Positions 7,188 through 19,961 are shown, counted from the first letter of the stretch. The stretch: DNA of 64,000 nt from Salinivirgaceae bacterium (GCA_017645945.1 JAGCNL010000031.1:140615-204614); one strand, 5' to 3'. Program-made: numbers and translations. The notes: generated by a model from the sequence alone, not told the origin.

Positions 7188-9134
7188 TTATTTCGTAATC
7201 ACCACACCGCCATTGCACGGAATGGTGATTGCCATTTGCTGTTTCTTGTTTATTTTCAAATCTTTAACGCTACCATTCAAGTTAGCGTCATCGCTGTAAA
7301 GTTTGACGGTCTGATTGGCATCAAACATCGGCAGGTTCAGATTGAGTTTCAGTGGCTCTTTCTGTGCGTTAATGCCCACCACGAACCATTTGTCGGCGTG
7401 GCGGCGCGCAAGAACAGCGTACTTGCCAGGATAGCCGTCGATAAACTTCACTTCGTCCCAAGTTGTCGGCACTTGTTTCATAAAATCGACGGCCCAGGCG
7501 GGTGCGTCGGTAAGGTTGTTCGGCGCCATAGCAAAGTGGTTTACAGCCGTTTGGAACATAACCGAAATGGCCAGCGCAAACACATCGGAAGTGCGGCGGG
7601 TGTTGCCGTGGGTGTTGTCGTAGGCGTAATGCTTGTTGAGCGTGCTGCCGCCCCAGTCCATACTGCCAACGGTGTTGCGAATGAACGGGTGAAGCGTGGC
7701 GCAGAAGGCCTCGTTGTCGCACTCGTTTTGGCCAAAGGCAAGGTTCTCGCTTGCGCGGACGGCCTCACAAGCCGCAAAATTGGGGTACATACGTTCCCAA
7801 CCGCGTGGAAGCGTACATCCGTGGAAAATCACCAGCAGACCGTAGTCGTTGGCGTCGGCCAGAATATCCTCGTAGAGTTGCATCATCGGCTGCTTGTCGC
7901 TGCCAAAGAAATCGACCTTAATTCCGCGAATGCCAATGCTTTGCATCCATTTCATTTCGGCGCGGCGGGTGATTATGTTGTCCATAATTCCGCGTGGCGA
8001 TTGCGGCGCGTCGTTCCAGTAGCCGTTCGAGTTGTACCACAAGTAGATACCAACGTTTTTCTGCTTTCCGTAGTCGGCCAGTTCTTTGATTTTGTCGCGG
8101 CCGATTTGAGTGTCCCAAAGGGCGTCAATCAGCACCGATTCGAAGCCCATTGCAGCCGAAAAATCGATATACTTTTTCTGCACGTCGAAGTTGGTGTTGC
8201 CGTCCATTCCGATAATCCACGACCACGAGCCGCGTCCGTATTGGTATTCCTGCGACGCCTCGTAGAGCGGCTTCACGTAGTCGAAAGCCACTGTTGTCTC
8301 AACAATCGGGGCCAGAGTTTTACCCAAAGTGATTGTGCGCCAAGGTGTTGACGACGGCAATGTGAGTCCAGGTGTCGATGAGCCGAGTCCGTTCATCTCG
8401 CCCTCTTGCGGAAGACCGATAGTGTAGAGTCCGCCGTTGCCGCCCATAAGTCGGCCGCCAAAGTAGCGCCCGTTAACGCCAGTTTCCGAAATCAGAATCC
8501 AACCCTTGTCGGCGTTCTTGAACAAGCACGGGAAGGTGTAGCCTTGTCCCCAGCCGTTCTTTCCAAGTGCGTCATCCACAGTGTAATGCGTCTCGTACGA
8601 CGGTGTGGTGCGCGCAAAACCGCCCATTGGTGTAGCCTGTGGGCAAAGGAACGTTGTGGTGCCTTCGGGCAAACGGAATCCCGACGCTTCCTGCTTTACA
8701 ACACAGCAGAACGTAGGACGCTGTGCCATAAGATTATAGCGGAACACCACATCGCGGTTCGACACGTAGAACTCGACGCTGTAAACGTTTTTGCCGTCTT
8801 TGGCAAAAGTGAAAATGCCGCCGTTGGCCTCAACGTCAATCTTGCTCTGCTTCGAGTTTTTGAGCGTGTAACTGTCGGTGTATTTCAAACCTTCCTTGCT
8901 GTCAGTCAGCGACATACCGTTGGTGAAGTCGCCCAAATCGAGCACCAAACCCAGCGGCGACTGCTCAAGAAACGCCACGCCGTTCAGTTTCACCGAATAC
9001 GACGGCTTGCCATCAGCATCCGACACGGTTACAACTATCTGTCCATCAGGACTTTTAATCTCTTTCTCTGTCGATTGCGCACCAAAGAATCCGCACGCCA
9101 AAACCAGACTTAATAAAACTTTCTTCATTTGCAT
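7188..9134 (-). CDS. Glycoside hydrolase family 97
   Basis: Signal peptide MKKVLLSLVLACGFFGA. IKSPDGQIVVTVSDADGKPSYSVKLNGVAFLEQSPLGLVL is a GH97 N-terminal signature. Also GIRGIKVDFF and FHGCTLPRGWERMYPNFAACEAVRASE. Confidence 0.85.
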   Translation of the reverse strand: MQMKKVLLSLVLACGFFGAQSTEKEIKSPDGQIVVTVSDADGKPSYSVKLNGVAFLEQSPLGLVLDLGDFTNGMSLTDSKEGLKYTDSYTLKNSKQSKIDVEANGGIFTFAKDGKNVYSVEFYVSNRDVVFRYNLMAQRPTFCCVVKQEASGFRLPEGTTTFLCPQATPMGGFARTTPSYETHYTVDDALGKNGWGQGYTFPCLFKNADKGWILISETGVNGRYFGGRLMGGNGGLYTIGLPQEGEMNGLGSSTPGLTLPSSTPWRTITLGKTLAPIVETTVAFDYVKPLYEASQEYQYGRGSWSWIIGMDGNTNFDVQKKYIDFSAAMGFESVLIDALWDTQIGRDKIKELADYGKQKNVGIYLWYNSNGYWNDAPQSPRGIMDNIITRRAEMKWMQSIGIRGIKVDFFGSDKQPMMQLYEDILADANDYGLLVIFHGCTLPRGWERMYPNFAACEAVRASENLAFGQNECDNEAFCATLHPFIRNTVGSMDWGGSTLNKHYAYDNTHGNTRRTSDVFALAISVMFQTAVNHFAMAPNNLTDAPAWAVDFMKQVPTTWDEVKFIDGYPGKYAVLARRHADKWFVVGINAQKEPLKLNLNLPMFDANQTVKLYSDDANLNGSVKDLKINKKQQMAITIPCNGGVVITK

Positions 9135-9196
9135 TGTGTTGATTACGTATTGTTTATAAATAGTGTTAATAGTTTCCCATCATCGATTTGTTAACA

Positions 9197-9204
9197 CAAA
9201 TGTA
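9197..9204 (-). promoter_or_regulatory. -7 promoter motif TACATTTG
   Basis: CAAATGTA on the plus strand, 63 nt upstream of ATG 9134. Confidence 0.4.
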
Positions 9205-9307
9205 ATCAAAATTTTTTATAAAAAGTAAAAAATACTTTTATTCTTTTATTCAAAAAGAAAAAGGTAGTTACCTTACCACCTTTTAACTAACTTTTGGAAA
9301 TAAGTGC

Positions 9308-9330
9308 AAAAAAAAGAGCCTTGCGGCTCT
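9308..9330 (-). terminator. Rho-independent terminator
   Basis: AGAGCC/GGCTCT stem (9315-9320 / 9325-9330), followed on the minus strand by about eight U. Lies 27 nt past the stop at 9357. Confidence 0.6.
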
Positions 9331-9356
9331 CTTTTAAACGTCTGTGTTATAATTGT

Positions 9357-10073
9357 TTATTCTGCGGCTTTTTCACCACCAAACAGATTCTTTGTGATTT
9401 GCTTTCCAGCGGGTGTCGCCTTGTCGGCATCTGACAGGCGTTTGTAGATTTCAGTCATTCTCGGGTAGGTTGGCCAATCGGTGCCTTCGTCGTTGATAAT
9501 GTCCGTGGCATCGGCAAATGCTTCAAGCCAATATTCATCAACAGGCAACGTTTCCATTGCCGTCCAACACGCCTCGTTATATTTTGCTTGCGCCTCGTTA
9601 TATTTTTCAATTAGTTCGGGGCCACCATTGTCTATCGCTTCCGAATGAAGTCTCTCGTATTCAATCTTAATATCTTTGGTTGCATCGTTAAACTTGTTAC
9701 TGAACTGTTGACGGGGATTCTCACTTTCAACAGTCCAGTTTTCAGCATAAAAACCAGAACCTGTGACCGTCGTGTTGTAGCCACTCTTAACATAAATATC
9801 ACGGCCGCTTCCTAAATGGTTGTTTCCATTTCTTGAACTGACACCATAAATTGCTCCCGCGGAATTTGAGCCACAAGTATATGTATAACAAAAAGTTCCA
9901 TTAACTGCAGCGCTGTCAAAAAAAGTTTCGCCTACATCTTCTTCCCATTTGAGAATCTCGATAACCGTTCCTTCGGGAAGGTCGGTAATGTTGAAACTGA
10001 TTGTTGTTTCGGCTTTTTGGCAGGCCGTGAGCGCAATGGCAGCAATGGCCGTCAATAATAAAATGCGTTTCAT
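9357..10073 (-). CDS. Hypothetical lipoprotein
   Basis: MKRILLLTAIAAIALTAC lipobox. I recognise no catalytic motif. Confidence 0.7.
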   Translation of the reverse strand: MKRILLLTAIAAIALTACQKAETTISFNITDLPEGTVIEILKWEEDVGETFFDSAAVNGTFCYTYTCGSNSAGAIYGVSSRNGNNHLGSGRDIYVKSGYNTTVTGSGFYAENWTVESENPRQQFSNKFNDATKDIKIEYERLHSEAIDNGGPELIEKYNEAQAKYNEACWTAMETLPVDEYWLEAFADATDIINDEGTDWPTYPRMTEIYKRLSDADKATPAGKQITKNLFGGEKAAE

Positions 10074-10175
10074 TGGTTTGTTGGTTATTTAAGTGAATAT
10101 AAGGTTGTTACATATCTTACAAAACGCATAAAATGACGTTTTATTGCCAGCAACCCACAAAAGTTTGTTGATTAT

Positions 10176-10298
10176 TTAAATTAATAAAAGTTCGTCAACA
10201 AGAACTGTTCTAATTTCGGTGACTTGGCGAAGTTGCTTGTCGTTAGTCAAAAATGCATCGCACCCGTTTTGAATGGCAATCATTTGAACGCAATTCAT
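10176..10298 (-). pseudogene. C-terminal remnant of a PIN-domain (VapC-like) toxin
   Basis: A frame different from the antitoxin reads MNCVQMIAIQNGCDAFLTNDKQLRQVTEIRTVLVDELLLI*, which resembles the last ~40 aa of PIN toxins. The N-terminal acidic residues are missing. Confidence 0.4.
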
Positions 10299-10488
10299 TT
10301 ACAACACTTTGCGCGTCGGCATTCCAAATATGGGTTGCTGTTTCATATTTCGAGAAGTCAAGTGGCTGCTTTGTTTCGCGCTTTTTCTGCTGATTTTGGA
10401 ACAAAAGGAAATCGATATACGACTCCACATTTTGCTGTTGCATTGCTGTAAGACTGCCTATCTTTTTTTCTAAAACTGCGTATGTCAT
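10243..10488 (-). CDS. Putative type II antitoxin (DUF2281-like), its 3' end fused into the toxin remnant
   Basis: ATG 10488-10486 (the track start at 10503 is TTG). MTYAVLEKKIGSLTAMQQQNVESYIDFLLFQNQQKK...THIWNADAQSVVNELRSND resembles Bacteroidetes antitoxins paired with PIN toxins. The last ~12 codons read through toxin-remnant DNA in another frame. Confidence 0.4.
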   Translation of the reverse strand: MTYAVLEKKIGSLTAMQQQNVESYIDFLLFQNQQKKRETKQPLDFSKYETATHIWNADAQSVVNELRSNDCHSKRVRCIFD

Positions 10489-10584
10489 TTTCTTTCCCTC
10501 CAATTATTTGAGAATCGGAATTGATTCACAATAAGTTTAAATCAATACAAAACTAATAAAAAACAATTATGTTGGTACGCGCAC

Positions 10585-10654
10585 AAAAAAAGAGCCTTTC
10601 GGACTCTCTTTAAAAAAGAAGGAATCGGGCAACCGAAGTTACCTAATTCCTTCT
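10585..10654 (-). terminator. Two tandem rho-independent terminators
   Basis: First: 9-bp stem AGAAGGAAT/ATTCCTTCT (10617-10625 / 10646-10654), then U5 on the minus strand. Second: bulged stem at 10591-10607, then about U6-7 on the minus strand. Both lie just past the stop at 10669. Confidence 0.6.
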
Positions 10655-10668
10655 ATATCAGCGATTGA

Positions 10669-12627
<1,959 letters not shown>

Positions 12628-12690
12628 TTAAAAGTTTAGTGTTATATACGTTTAGAAACATTATTGAATCGGATAATCGATTCTTAAATG

Positions 12691-12698
12691 CAAATATA
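12691..12698 (-). promoter_or_regulatory. -7 promoter motif TATATTTG
   Basis: CAAATATA on the plus strand, 70 nt upstream of ATG 12621. Confidence 0.35.
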
Positions 12699-12718
12699 GC
12701 ATTTCATCAGATAAACCA

Positions 12719-14626
12719 TTACTGCTCCACAATCACAAATCCGCCGCGTGGCAAGCATTTCACCGTTTGTGGCAGATTGTTGGCATCGAGATTTGTTATT
12801 GTCCACGGGCTGTCGGCGTTGCCGCTGTCGGCAAACATTTTGAACTTTCCGCTCTTTATAAAACCAAGATTGACAGCAATTTCGCGCTCGCTGTCGCTAC
12901 CGTTGATTCCAGCCACATACCACTTGCCGTTGCGCTCACGAGCCATCACAACGTATTCGCCAGGATAGCCGCAAACAAGTTTTGTCTCGTCCCAAACGGT
13001 TGGCAGATTGGTAAAGAACTGCTGAACATCAGCAGGTTGTGACAAGTAACTCGACGGGCGGTCAGCAAGGTGCAGCAGTGCCGATTCATAGAGCACCGTC
13101 AGCGCCAACTCGTGGGCGTGAGTTGTTATGTGCGGGAACTGCGAGTCGGTGAAGGTGCAAGGCGTGTAGTCCATTGAGCCCACCACGCCGCGGGTGAACG
13201 GCAGAGTGGCGTTGTGCATTGCGGCCCTGTCGGTCAGGAATGGGGCGTTGTTGTACCATTCGGCACCCATAACTGCTTCTGTACTAACCAGATTCGGGTA
13301 GGTCCGCTGCCAGCCGCGCGGCAGCGTTGCGCCGTGGAAATTGACCAGCAAATGGTGTTTTGCGGCGCTCTCGAGCAGTTCGATGCAATATTGGTTTGTG
13401 CGCTGCTTGTCGCCTTCAAAAAAGTCGATTTTAACGCCAGCAATACCATTGTCTTCCAGCCATTTGAATTCCTTTTCGCGGTCTTCGGCCTTGTTCAGGC
13501 GATATTTCGGTCCAGGGGCGCGGTCAACCCATTTAGTGGTTGAATTATACCACATTAGCAGTTTCACGCCCTTCTGTTTCGCGTAGGCGATGGCTTCGTA
13601 GATGTTGCCGCCGTGCATTTCGTCCCATTCGGCGTCGATGAGCGTGTATGGCAGTTTCAGTTCTGCGGCCATATCAATGTATTGTTTTACAATCTGATAA
13701 TCGCTCGAACCGTGGTTGTAGGCCCAGTAAATCCACGATGCCACACCAGGCTTAATCCATTCATTATCAGCAATTCTGCACGGCGTGCTCACGTCCGTCA
13801 CAAGAGTCGATTCCACCACGTCGGCCAGCGACCCGATGATGGCCACGCGCCACGGCGTCTGCCAGCCGTCGCTCAGCGCAAGGCGGTTTTCGTCGTTTTG
13901 GATTTTGTAACCCGATGCGGCGGTGCTTCTCAAACCAGAACCGCTGTTTTCGCTAGTCATATCTGCTTCTGTAATAAGAATATACAGACCATCTTTCGGC
14001 GCGAAAAGCGACGGGTAACCCCAATGGCAGCCTTCGCGTTCTTTCGGATTCGGCCAGTAAAACTTCTCGTACGAATCGTCGAAGCGCTGCAGCCAGCGTT
14101 TTGCCGAATCAGCAAAATGGTAAGTGGTCTGCTCTTGCAGGAAGTTGCACTCTTTGTAGCCTTTGGCCAGAGCGAAACGGAACGCCACGCCGTCGTTGTA
14201 GGCGCGGACAATCAGGTTTTGCGTGCGGTTGTTGCGGTCAACAAAACTGAAGGTGCGTTCGGTTGCCTGATTGACACAGTGTAACCGCTTGCCCGACAGC
14301 ATCATATAGTTGTCATTTACATCGATGGTCTTCGATGCGTTTTTGTACGACAGAAAAGCGTCAGTTCCTTCGGTGAGACCGAAATTAGGCATCGAAATGA
14401 TTTTATCCCACTCATTGCCTGTCATATAATAGACATTTAGCGAAGGGATGTTGTCAACATTCAATTCGCATTGAAAACGGATTTTGCCGTTGGGCGATGT
14501 CAGGCCCAATTTTTGGTCGAACTTGCCGTCAGCGGCACTCGACGCGCCCAACAGTGCAACTATCAGGCACACAGCCGATAAGATGATGCACGCAAGAGCA
14601 CAAATCAGAAGAGAGCGTTTGTTCAT
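12719..14626 (-). CDS. Glycoside hydrolase family 97
   Basis: N-terminal membrane anchor/signal. GIAGVKIDFFEGD and FHGATLPRGWQRTYPNLVSTEAVMGAEWYN. Paralogue of the next gene. Confidence 0.8.
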   Translation of the reverse strand: MNKRSLLICALACIILSAVCLIVALLGASSAADGKFDQKLGLTSPNGKIRFQCELNVDNIPSLNVYYMTGNEWDKIISMPNFGLTEGTDAFLSYKNASKTIDVNDNYMMLSGKRLHCVNQATERTFSFVDRNNRTQNLIVRAYNDGVAFRFALAKGYKECNFLQEQTTYHFADSAKRWLQRFDDSYEKFYWPNPKEREGCHWGYPSLFAPKDGLYILITEADMTSENSGSGLRSTAASGYKIQNDENRLALSDGWQTPWRVAIIGSLADVVESTLVTDVSTPCRIADNEWIKPGVASWIYWAYNHGSSDYQIVKQYIDMAAELKLPYTLIDAEWDEMHGGNIYEAIAYAKQKGVKLLMWYNSTTKWVDRAPGPKYRLNKAEDREKEFKWLEDNGIAGVKIDFFEGDKQRTNQYCIELLESAAKHHLLVNFHGATLPRGWQRTYPNLVSTEAVMGAEWYNNAPFLTDRAAMHNATLPFTRGVVGSMDYTPCTFTDSQFPHITTHAHELALTVLYESALLHLADRPSSYLSQPADVQQFFTNLPTVWDETKLVCGYPGEYVVMARERNGKWYVAGINGSDSEREIAVNLGFIKSGKFKMFADSGNADSPWTITNLDANNLPQTVKCLPRGGFVIVEQ

Positions 14627-14667
14627 AGCGAATCGAATTTAATTTGTTTATATCAATTCATTGATTA

Positions 14668-16542
14668 TCAATCGTTTTGCGCGATTACAAATCCGCCGCG
14701 TGGCAGCATTTTCACCGTTTTCGGCAGGCTGTTGGCGTCGATATTTGAGATTGCCCACGGACTGTCGGCATTGCCGCTGTCAGCGAACATCGTGAACTTG
14801 CCGTCTTTAATAAAATCAAGATTCACAGCAATTTCGCGCTTGTTATCGGTGCCGTTTATGCCAGCGACAAACCACTTGCCGTTGCATTCGCGTGCAATAA
14901 CCACATAATCAGCAGGATATCCACCAACAAATTTCGTATCATTCCACGCTGCAGGAAGTTGTCCGAAGAAATCCTGAACTTCTTTCGGCTGTGCCAGAAG
15001 GCTTTCGGGGCGGTCGGCAAGGTGCTGCAAACCAGACTCATAGAGCACCGTCAACGCCAGTTCGTGAGCGTTCGACGTAATGTGCGGGTTCTGCGAATCG
15101 GAAAAAGCGCAAGGCGTGTAGTCCATCGAGCCGACAACGTTGCGGGTAAACGGCAGCGTGGCATTGTGAGCGGCGGCCTTGTTGGTGAAGGTAGGCCCGT
15201 TGTTGTACCATTCGGCACCGTAAACCGCCTCTGTGCTCAACAGATTGGGATAGGTGCGCTGCCATCCGCGCGGAAGCGTGGCACCGTGGAAATTAACCGT
15301 AAGGTGGTGTTTTGCAGCCGATTGCAGAAGGTCGATACAATAGTTCATATTGAATTGGTTGTCGCCCGAGAAGAAGTCGATTTTCACGCCAGCAACCCCG
15401 ATTTTTTCGAGCCAAGCGAACTCTTTCTCACGGTCTTCGGGCTTGTTCAGGCGGAACTTCGGACCAGGCGCGCCGTCAATCCAGCCAATCGACGAACTAT
15501 ACCAAATCAGCGGCTTGACATTGTGGTCGACGGCATATTTTACGGCGTCCTCAATGGTCTTGCCGTTTTTCATCTCGTCCCATTCGGCATCGATTAGCAT
15601 ATACGGAAGTTTCAGACTGACAGCCAAATCCACATATTTTTTGATAATCTCGTAGTCGTTCGAGCCGTGATTGTAGGCCCAGTAAATCCACGAAACCACA
15701 CCAGGCTCAATCCACGAAACATCGTCCAACTTGCAGTTTGTGGCCACATCGGTAATCAGTGTAGATTCCACAATATCAGCAAGATTGCCAATAACAGCCA
15801 CGCGCCACGGCGTCAGGTACGAGCCAGTGATTTCGGTCTCGTTCTTGTCGGGGCGGACGTTGAAAATCTCGATGTTGTCGCCGTCGTTCCAAAGGCACGA
15901 AGCGCTGTTGTCGGCGCCCACGCCCGATTCGCTCAAAAGCACGAAAACGCTGTCCGACGGCTGCATAAGCGCAGGGTACGACCAGCGGCAGCACCAGCCG
16001 TTTTTCACGAAAGTGCCCGAAAAACTGAACACTGCCTTTTGCTTTGCTGTGGTGTCGGGTGTGAAAAATCCTTCGTACGACTCGGCCCACTGCATAAACC
16101 AGCGGCGCGTGCCTTCCTGAATCTCGTAAGATGTTAATTCTGTGGGGATTGCCATTGCTTCGGCCACGTTGTGGAACTGATAGCGGAAGGCGATTCCGTT
16201 GTTATAGACGCGGAAAATAAGGTCGGTGTTCGCGTCCAGCGCGGCCGTGTACTCGTTGGCCTGATTAGTGCAGTGCGAGCGTTTGCCCATAAGCATTGTG
16301 TAGTCGGCGTTCACCGCTTGCGCGAATTTCAGTTTGGGTGCGGCGGCAAGGCTGTCGTAGCCGAATCGGGCGATTGTAAGTGCGTCATTATCAAGAAATT
16401 TGACAAGATACTTGCCCGCTTCGGCGTAAACGGTTATCCGTCCGTCGGGCGAAACCGCAACTTGCTCTTTTTTTGAATTGCAACTTACTGAAATCAAGGC
16501 GATTGCAATCGCAAACAACGATATGGCACTGCGTCTTTTCAT
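14668..16542 (-). CDS. Glycoside hydrolase family 97
   Basis: Lipobox LISVSC. AVSPDGRITVY, GVAGVKIDFFSGD and FHGATLPRGWQRTYPNLLSTEAVYGAEWYN. Confidence 0.8.
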   Translation of the reverse strand: MKRRSAISLFAIAIALISVSCNSKKEQVAVSPDGRITVYAEAGKYLVKFLDNDALTIARFGYDSLAAAPKLKFAQAVNADYTMLMGKRSHCTNQANEYTAALDANTDLIFRVYNNGIAFRYQFHNVAEAMAIPTELTSYEIQEGTRRWFMQWAESYEGFFTPDTTAKQKAVFSFSGTFVKNGWCCRWSYPALMQPSDSVFVLLSESGVGADNSASCLWNDGDNIEIFNVRPDKNETEITGSYLTPWRVAVIGNLADIVESTLITDVATNCKLDDVSWIEPGVVSWIYWAYNHGSNDYEIIKKYVDLAVSLKLPYMLIDAEWDEMKNGKTIEDAVKYAVDHNVKPLIWYSSSIGWIDGAPGPKFRLNKPEDREKEFAWLEKIGVAGVKIDFFSGDNQFNMNYCIDLLQSAAKHHLTVNFHGATLPRGWQRTYPNLLSTEAVYGAEWYNNGPTFTNKAAAHNATLPFTRNVVGSMDYTPCAFSDSQNPHITSNAHELALTVLYESGLQHLADRPESLLAQPKEVQDFFGQLPAAWNDTKFVGGYPADYVVIARECNGKWFVAGINGTDNKREIAVNLDFIKDGKFTMFADSGNADSPWAISNIDANSLPKTVKMLPRGGFVIAQND

Positions 16543-16548
16543 ATCAAT

Positions 16549-17547
16549 TTATTTTGTCTGATTAACGAATTTGATTGTTCCGTCGGCGTTGAATTCCATT
16601 TCGTCAACGCAAACCGAGCGGCGTCCTATGGCGCCCTTCACGCCGTCGATTTCGAGCGTGGCATTGTGGTAGAACAGCCACCATTTGCCGTTGAACTCAA
16701 CCACCCCAGGATGGATTGTGAAACTGTTTGCGGCTTCGCCCGTAACCTGTCCGCGGGGTGTCCACGGACCGCTGAACGACGGCGCTGTGGCATAGTCGAT
16801 GGCTTCGCCGCCACGGCCCCACGACGCGTAAATCAGGTAGCAGGTGTCGTTGTGCTTTGTGAGCCACGGACCTTCGGTGTATTTCGGCACGTTAATCACC
16901 TGAATATCACCGTCCAACTCAATCATATTCGGTTTCAGTTTGGCGATGAAGCAGGTGCCGTTACCCCAGCAGAGCCAGGCGTCGTCGCCGTCGATGTAAA
17001 CGGTCGGGTCGATGTCGTTCCACCAGCCGCGAGCACCGTTCGAAGTCATTGTGTCACAAACGATTGGCTTGCCAAGTGCGTCAACAAACGGGCCTGTTGG
17101 CGAGTCGCTCACAGCCACGCCGATTGCGTAGCCGCTGTACGGTTGCTTACCCTGACAGGTGATGTAGTAATAGAATTTGCCGTCGCGTTCAACCACTTGC
17201 GCAGCCCAGGCCGTGCCCACTTTGGGCGTCACGGTGTCGGCCCACGCAAAATCGCCAGGACGCAGCACCGAGCCGTGGTCGGTCCAGGTTTTCATATCGG
17301 CGGTCGAGTAGCAGAGCCACTCGGTGATGTTGAATTCCTTGCCGCCGCCAGCGCTATCCTGACCAGGATAGAACTCGTCGTGGCCAACGTACAGATAGAG
17401 CCTGTCGCCCGAAACCATTGGCGCGGGGTCGGCAGTGAACTTATTGCGAATGAGCGGGTTGCCTTCGAATGTGAAGGTGTTTTGCGATTGCTGCGCCGTG
17501 CAGCCCACCGCCAGCAGAGCCAGCCCGAAAAGAAGGTTCTTGTTCAT
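16549..17547 (-). CDS. Glycoside hydrolase family 43 (xylosidase/arabinofuranosidase-like)
   Basis: The track start at 17598 is GTG inside repeat DNA, so I use ATG 17547-17545 (MNKNLLFGLALLAVGCTAQQ). FTADPAPMVSGDRLYLYVGHDE, DPTVYIDGDDAWLCWGNG and EGPWLTKHNDTCYLIYA are the GH43 Asp/Asp/Glu blocks. Confidence 0.85.
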   Translation of the reverse strand: MNKNLLFGLALLAVGCTAQQSQNTFTFEGNPLIRNKFTADPAPMVSGDRLYLYVGHDEFYPGQDSAGGGKEFNITEWLCYSTADMKTWTDHGSVLRPGDFAWADTVTPKVGTAWAAQVVERDGKFYYYITCQGKQPYSGYAIGVAVSDSPTGPFVDALGKPIVCDTMTSNGARGWWNDIDPTVYIDGDDAWLCWGNGTCFIAKLKPNMIELDGDIQVINVPKYTEGPWLTKHNDTCYLIYASWGRGGEAIDYATAPSFSGPWTPRGQVTGEAANSFTIHPGVVEFNGKWWLFYHNATLEIDGVKGAIGRRSVCVDEMEFNADGTIKFVNQTK

Positions 17548-17570
17548 TTTTGATTTCTGATTTTCGATTT

Positions 17571-17714
17571 TTAATTCGATATTGAACGCAGATGACACAG
17601 ATTCAACAGATTAACGCAGATTTTTCAATAGCAAAGCGTCTAAACTTCTTAACTTCTCAACTCTTAAACTTGTTCAACCTGTTCAACAGCGAAGCGTTTC
17701 AACATTCGAATTAA
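17571..17714. repeat. Imperfect ~20-bp inverted repeat pair enclosing ~104 bp of short tandem repeats
   Basis: TTAATTCGATATTGAACGC (17571-17589) pairs with GCGTTTCAACATTCGAATTAA (17694-17714). The interior contains ACGCAGAT twice and AACTTCT / GTTCAAC-type 7-8-mers. Confidence 0.6.
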
Positions 17715-17747
17715 TAACTTATATCTTAAATACTTATAACTTAAAAC

Positions 17748-18899
<1,152 letters not shown>

Positions 18900-18930
18900 T
18901 TATAGTTTTTTGACATTAAATTCATATTGG

Positions 18931-18938
18931 CAAACATA
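18931..18938 (-). promoter_or_regulatory. -7 promoter motif TATGTTTG
   Basis: CAAACATA on the plus strand, 35 nt upstream of ATG 18896. Confidence 0.4.
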
Positions 18939-19163
18939 ATTAAATGGTTTTTAACCACAATTTTCCGCAATATTGAAAATCGGCTTATTCGTGCGCCGCA
19001 GATTGGTGTTCGTAGATTTTTTGTTTTGCCTTGCGGCGAATGGCAGCGAATGGCGGCTGTTTTCGCGCATTGTCCCGATAGTATGGACACAGAATTGTTT
19101 TATCGCACAGATGACGCAGATAACGCTGATTGACAACAACTTGCCAAAATGCGGTGATAGAAA

Positions 19164-19961
19164 TCAAGCATCAATTTCTATTTCCGCGTAATTCTCGGCA
19201 TTATTGCGTATGTCATTCGCTAATTCTGCAAGTTGCGAATAATCCTTTCCTTCGATTTCAGGTAATGTGAAATAACGGCAGTAGGCACCATTCTCATCGC
19301 TGAATACCACCGATATTATTTCTTTTTCATCAGTTTTATAAACGGAATAATCCATATCACCGTAATAGACAAGATTTTCTTCATTTATTATTGATGATTG
19401 TTCTTTATAGTCTATGTCGGTTGGCTCGCTGTCGTTATCTTCGGGATAGACTTTTACTAATGTTCTTATAATGGGACCTGCAGAATCAAATTCACCTTTG
19501 CGAACTTCTTCATTACGCTGTTTTATCATAAAAGGAATTATAAACAGACCAATAAGGCATAACCAAACAGAAAAACGATTGTAGTTCCACCAGCTATATT
19601 TAAAAATCATATTCTTATTAATTATCAACTGAGTAATACACTTTTGAGAATGGTCATCTAATTGAACTATACTATAGAGAATTTCAGCATAATCACCATT
19701 TTGAATTTTGGATTTATCAATACGGCTATTTAAATAAAAAGACTGCTCCTCTCCTTTTATCTTAATTGTTGTTGTATCGATTGAAATATAAATGATTTCA
19801 CCTTTGGCTTCGTTTTTTGTGTCACCAATATTTTGATATGATTTTATAATGTTAAACAAACCAACAAAAAAAATAATAAATGGTACGGCAAAACCTCTTC
19901 TTTTTGCCAATTTCAATGTCCAATCATCATTCTTCTTCATTTTCAAGTGATTTAATCTCAT
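19164..19961 (-). CDS. Hypothetical membrane protein (orphan, AT-rich)
   Basis: 265-aa ORF with two hydrophobic segments (FAVPFIIFFVGLFNII and VWLCLIGLFIIPFMI). An alternative start lies at 19940. I recognise no family. Confidence 0.55.
   Translation of the reverse strand: MRLNHLKMKKNDDWTLKLAKRRGFAVPFIIFFVGLFNIIKSYQNIGDTKNEAKGEIIYISIDTTTIKIKGEEQSFYLNSRIDKSKIQNGDYAEILYSIVQLDDHSQKCITQLIINKNMIFKYSWWNYNRFSVWLCLIGLFIIPFMIKQRNEEVRKGEFDSAGPIIRTLVKVYPEDNDSEPTDIDYKEQSSIINEENLVYYGDMDYSVYKTDEKEIISVVFSDENGAYCRYFTLPEIEGKDYSQLAELANDIRNNAENYAEIEIDA

Noticed and set aside
7236-8351. Long plus-strand ORFs opposite recognised minus-strand genes, and the reverse. Examples: 7236-8351 (371 aa), 8406-9113, 11611-12582, 13613-14284, 14959-15597, 16666-17553, 17760-18623, 26851-27567, 52815-53582, 56726-57463, 61497-62183, 62323-62877, 63254-63805.
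   Set aside because: Each lies antisense to a gene with clear family motifs. Their translations are R/V/A/H/G-rich with no motifs, and several start at GTG or TTG. This is the usual shadow-ORF pattern in GC-richer coding DNA.
17571-17714. Inverted-repeat-bounded segment as an invertible (phase-variable) promoter.
   Set aside because: There is no TAnnTTTG motif in either orientation inside the segment and no recombinase gene nearby. The arms are imperfect.
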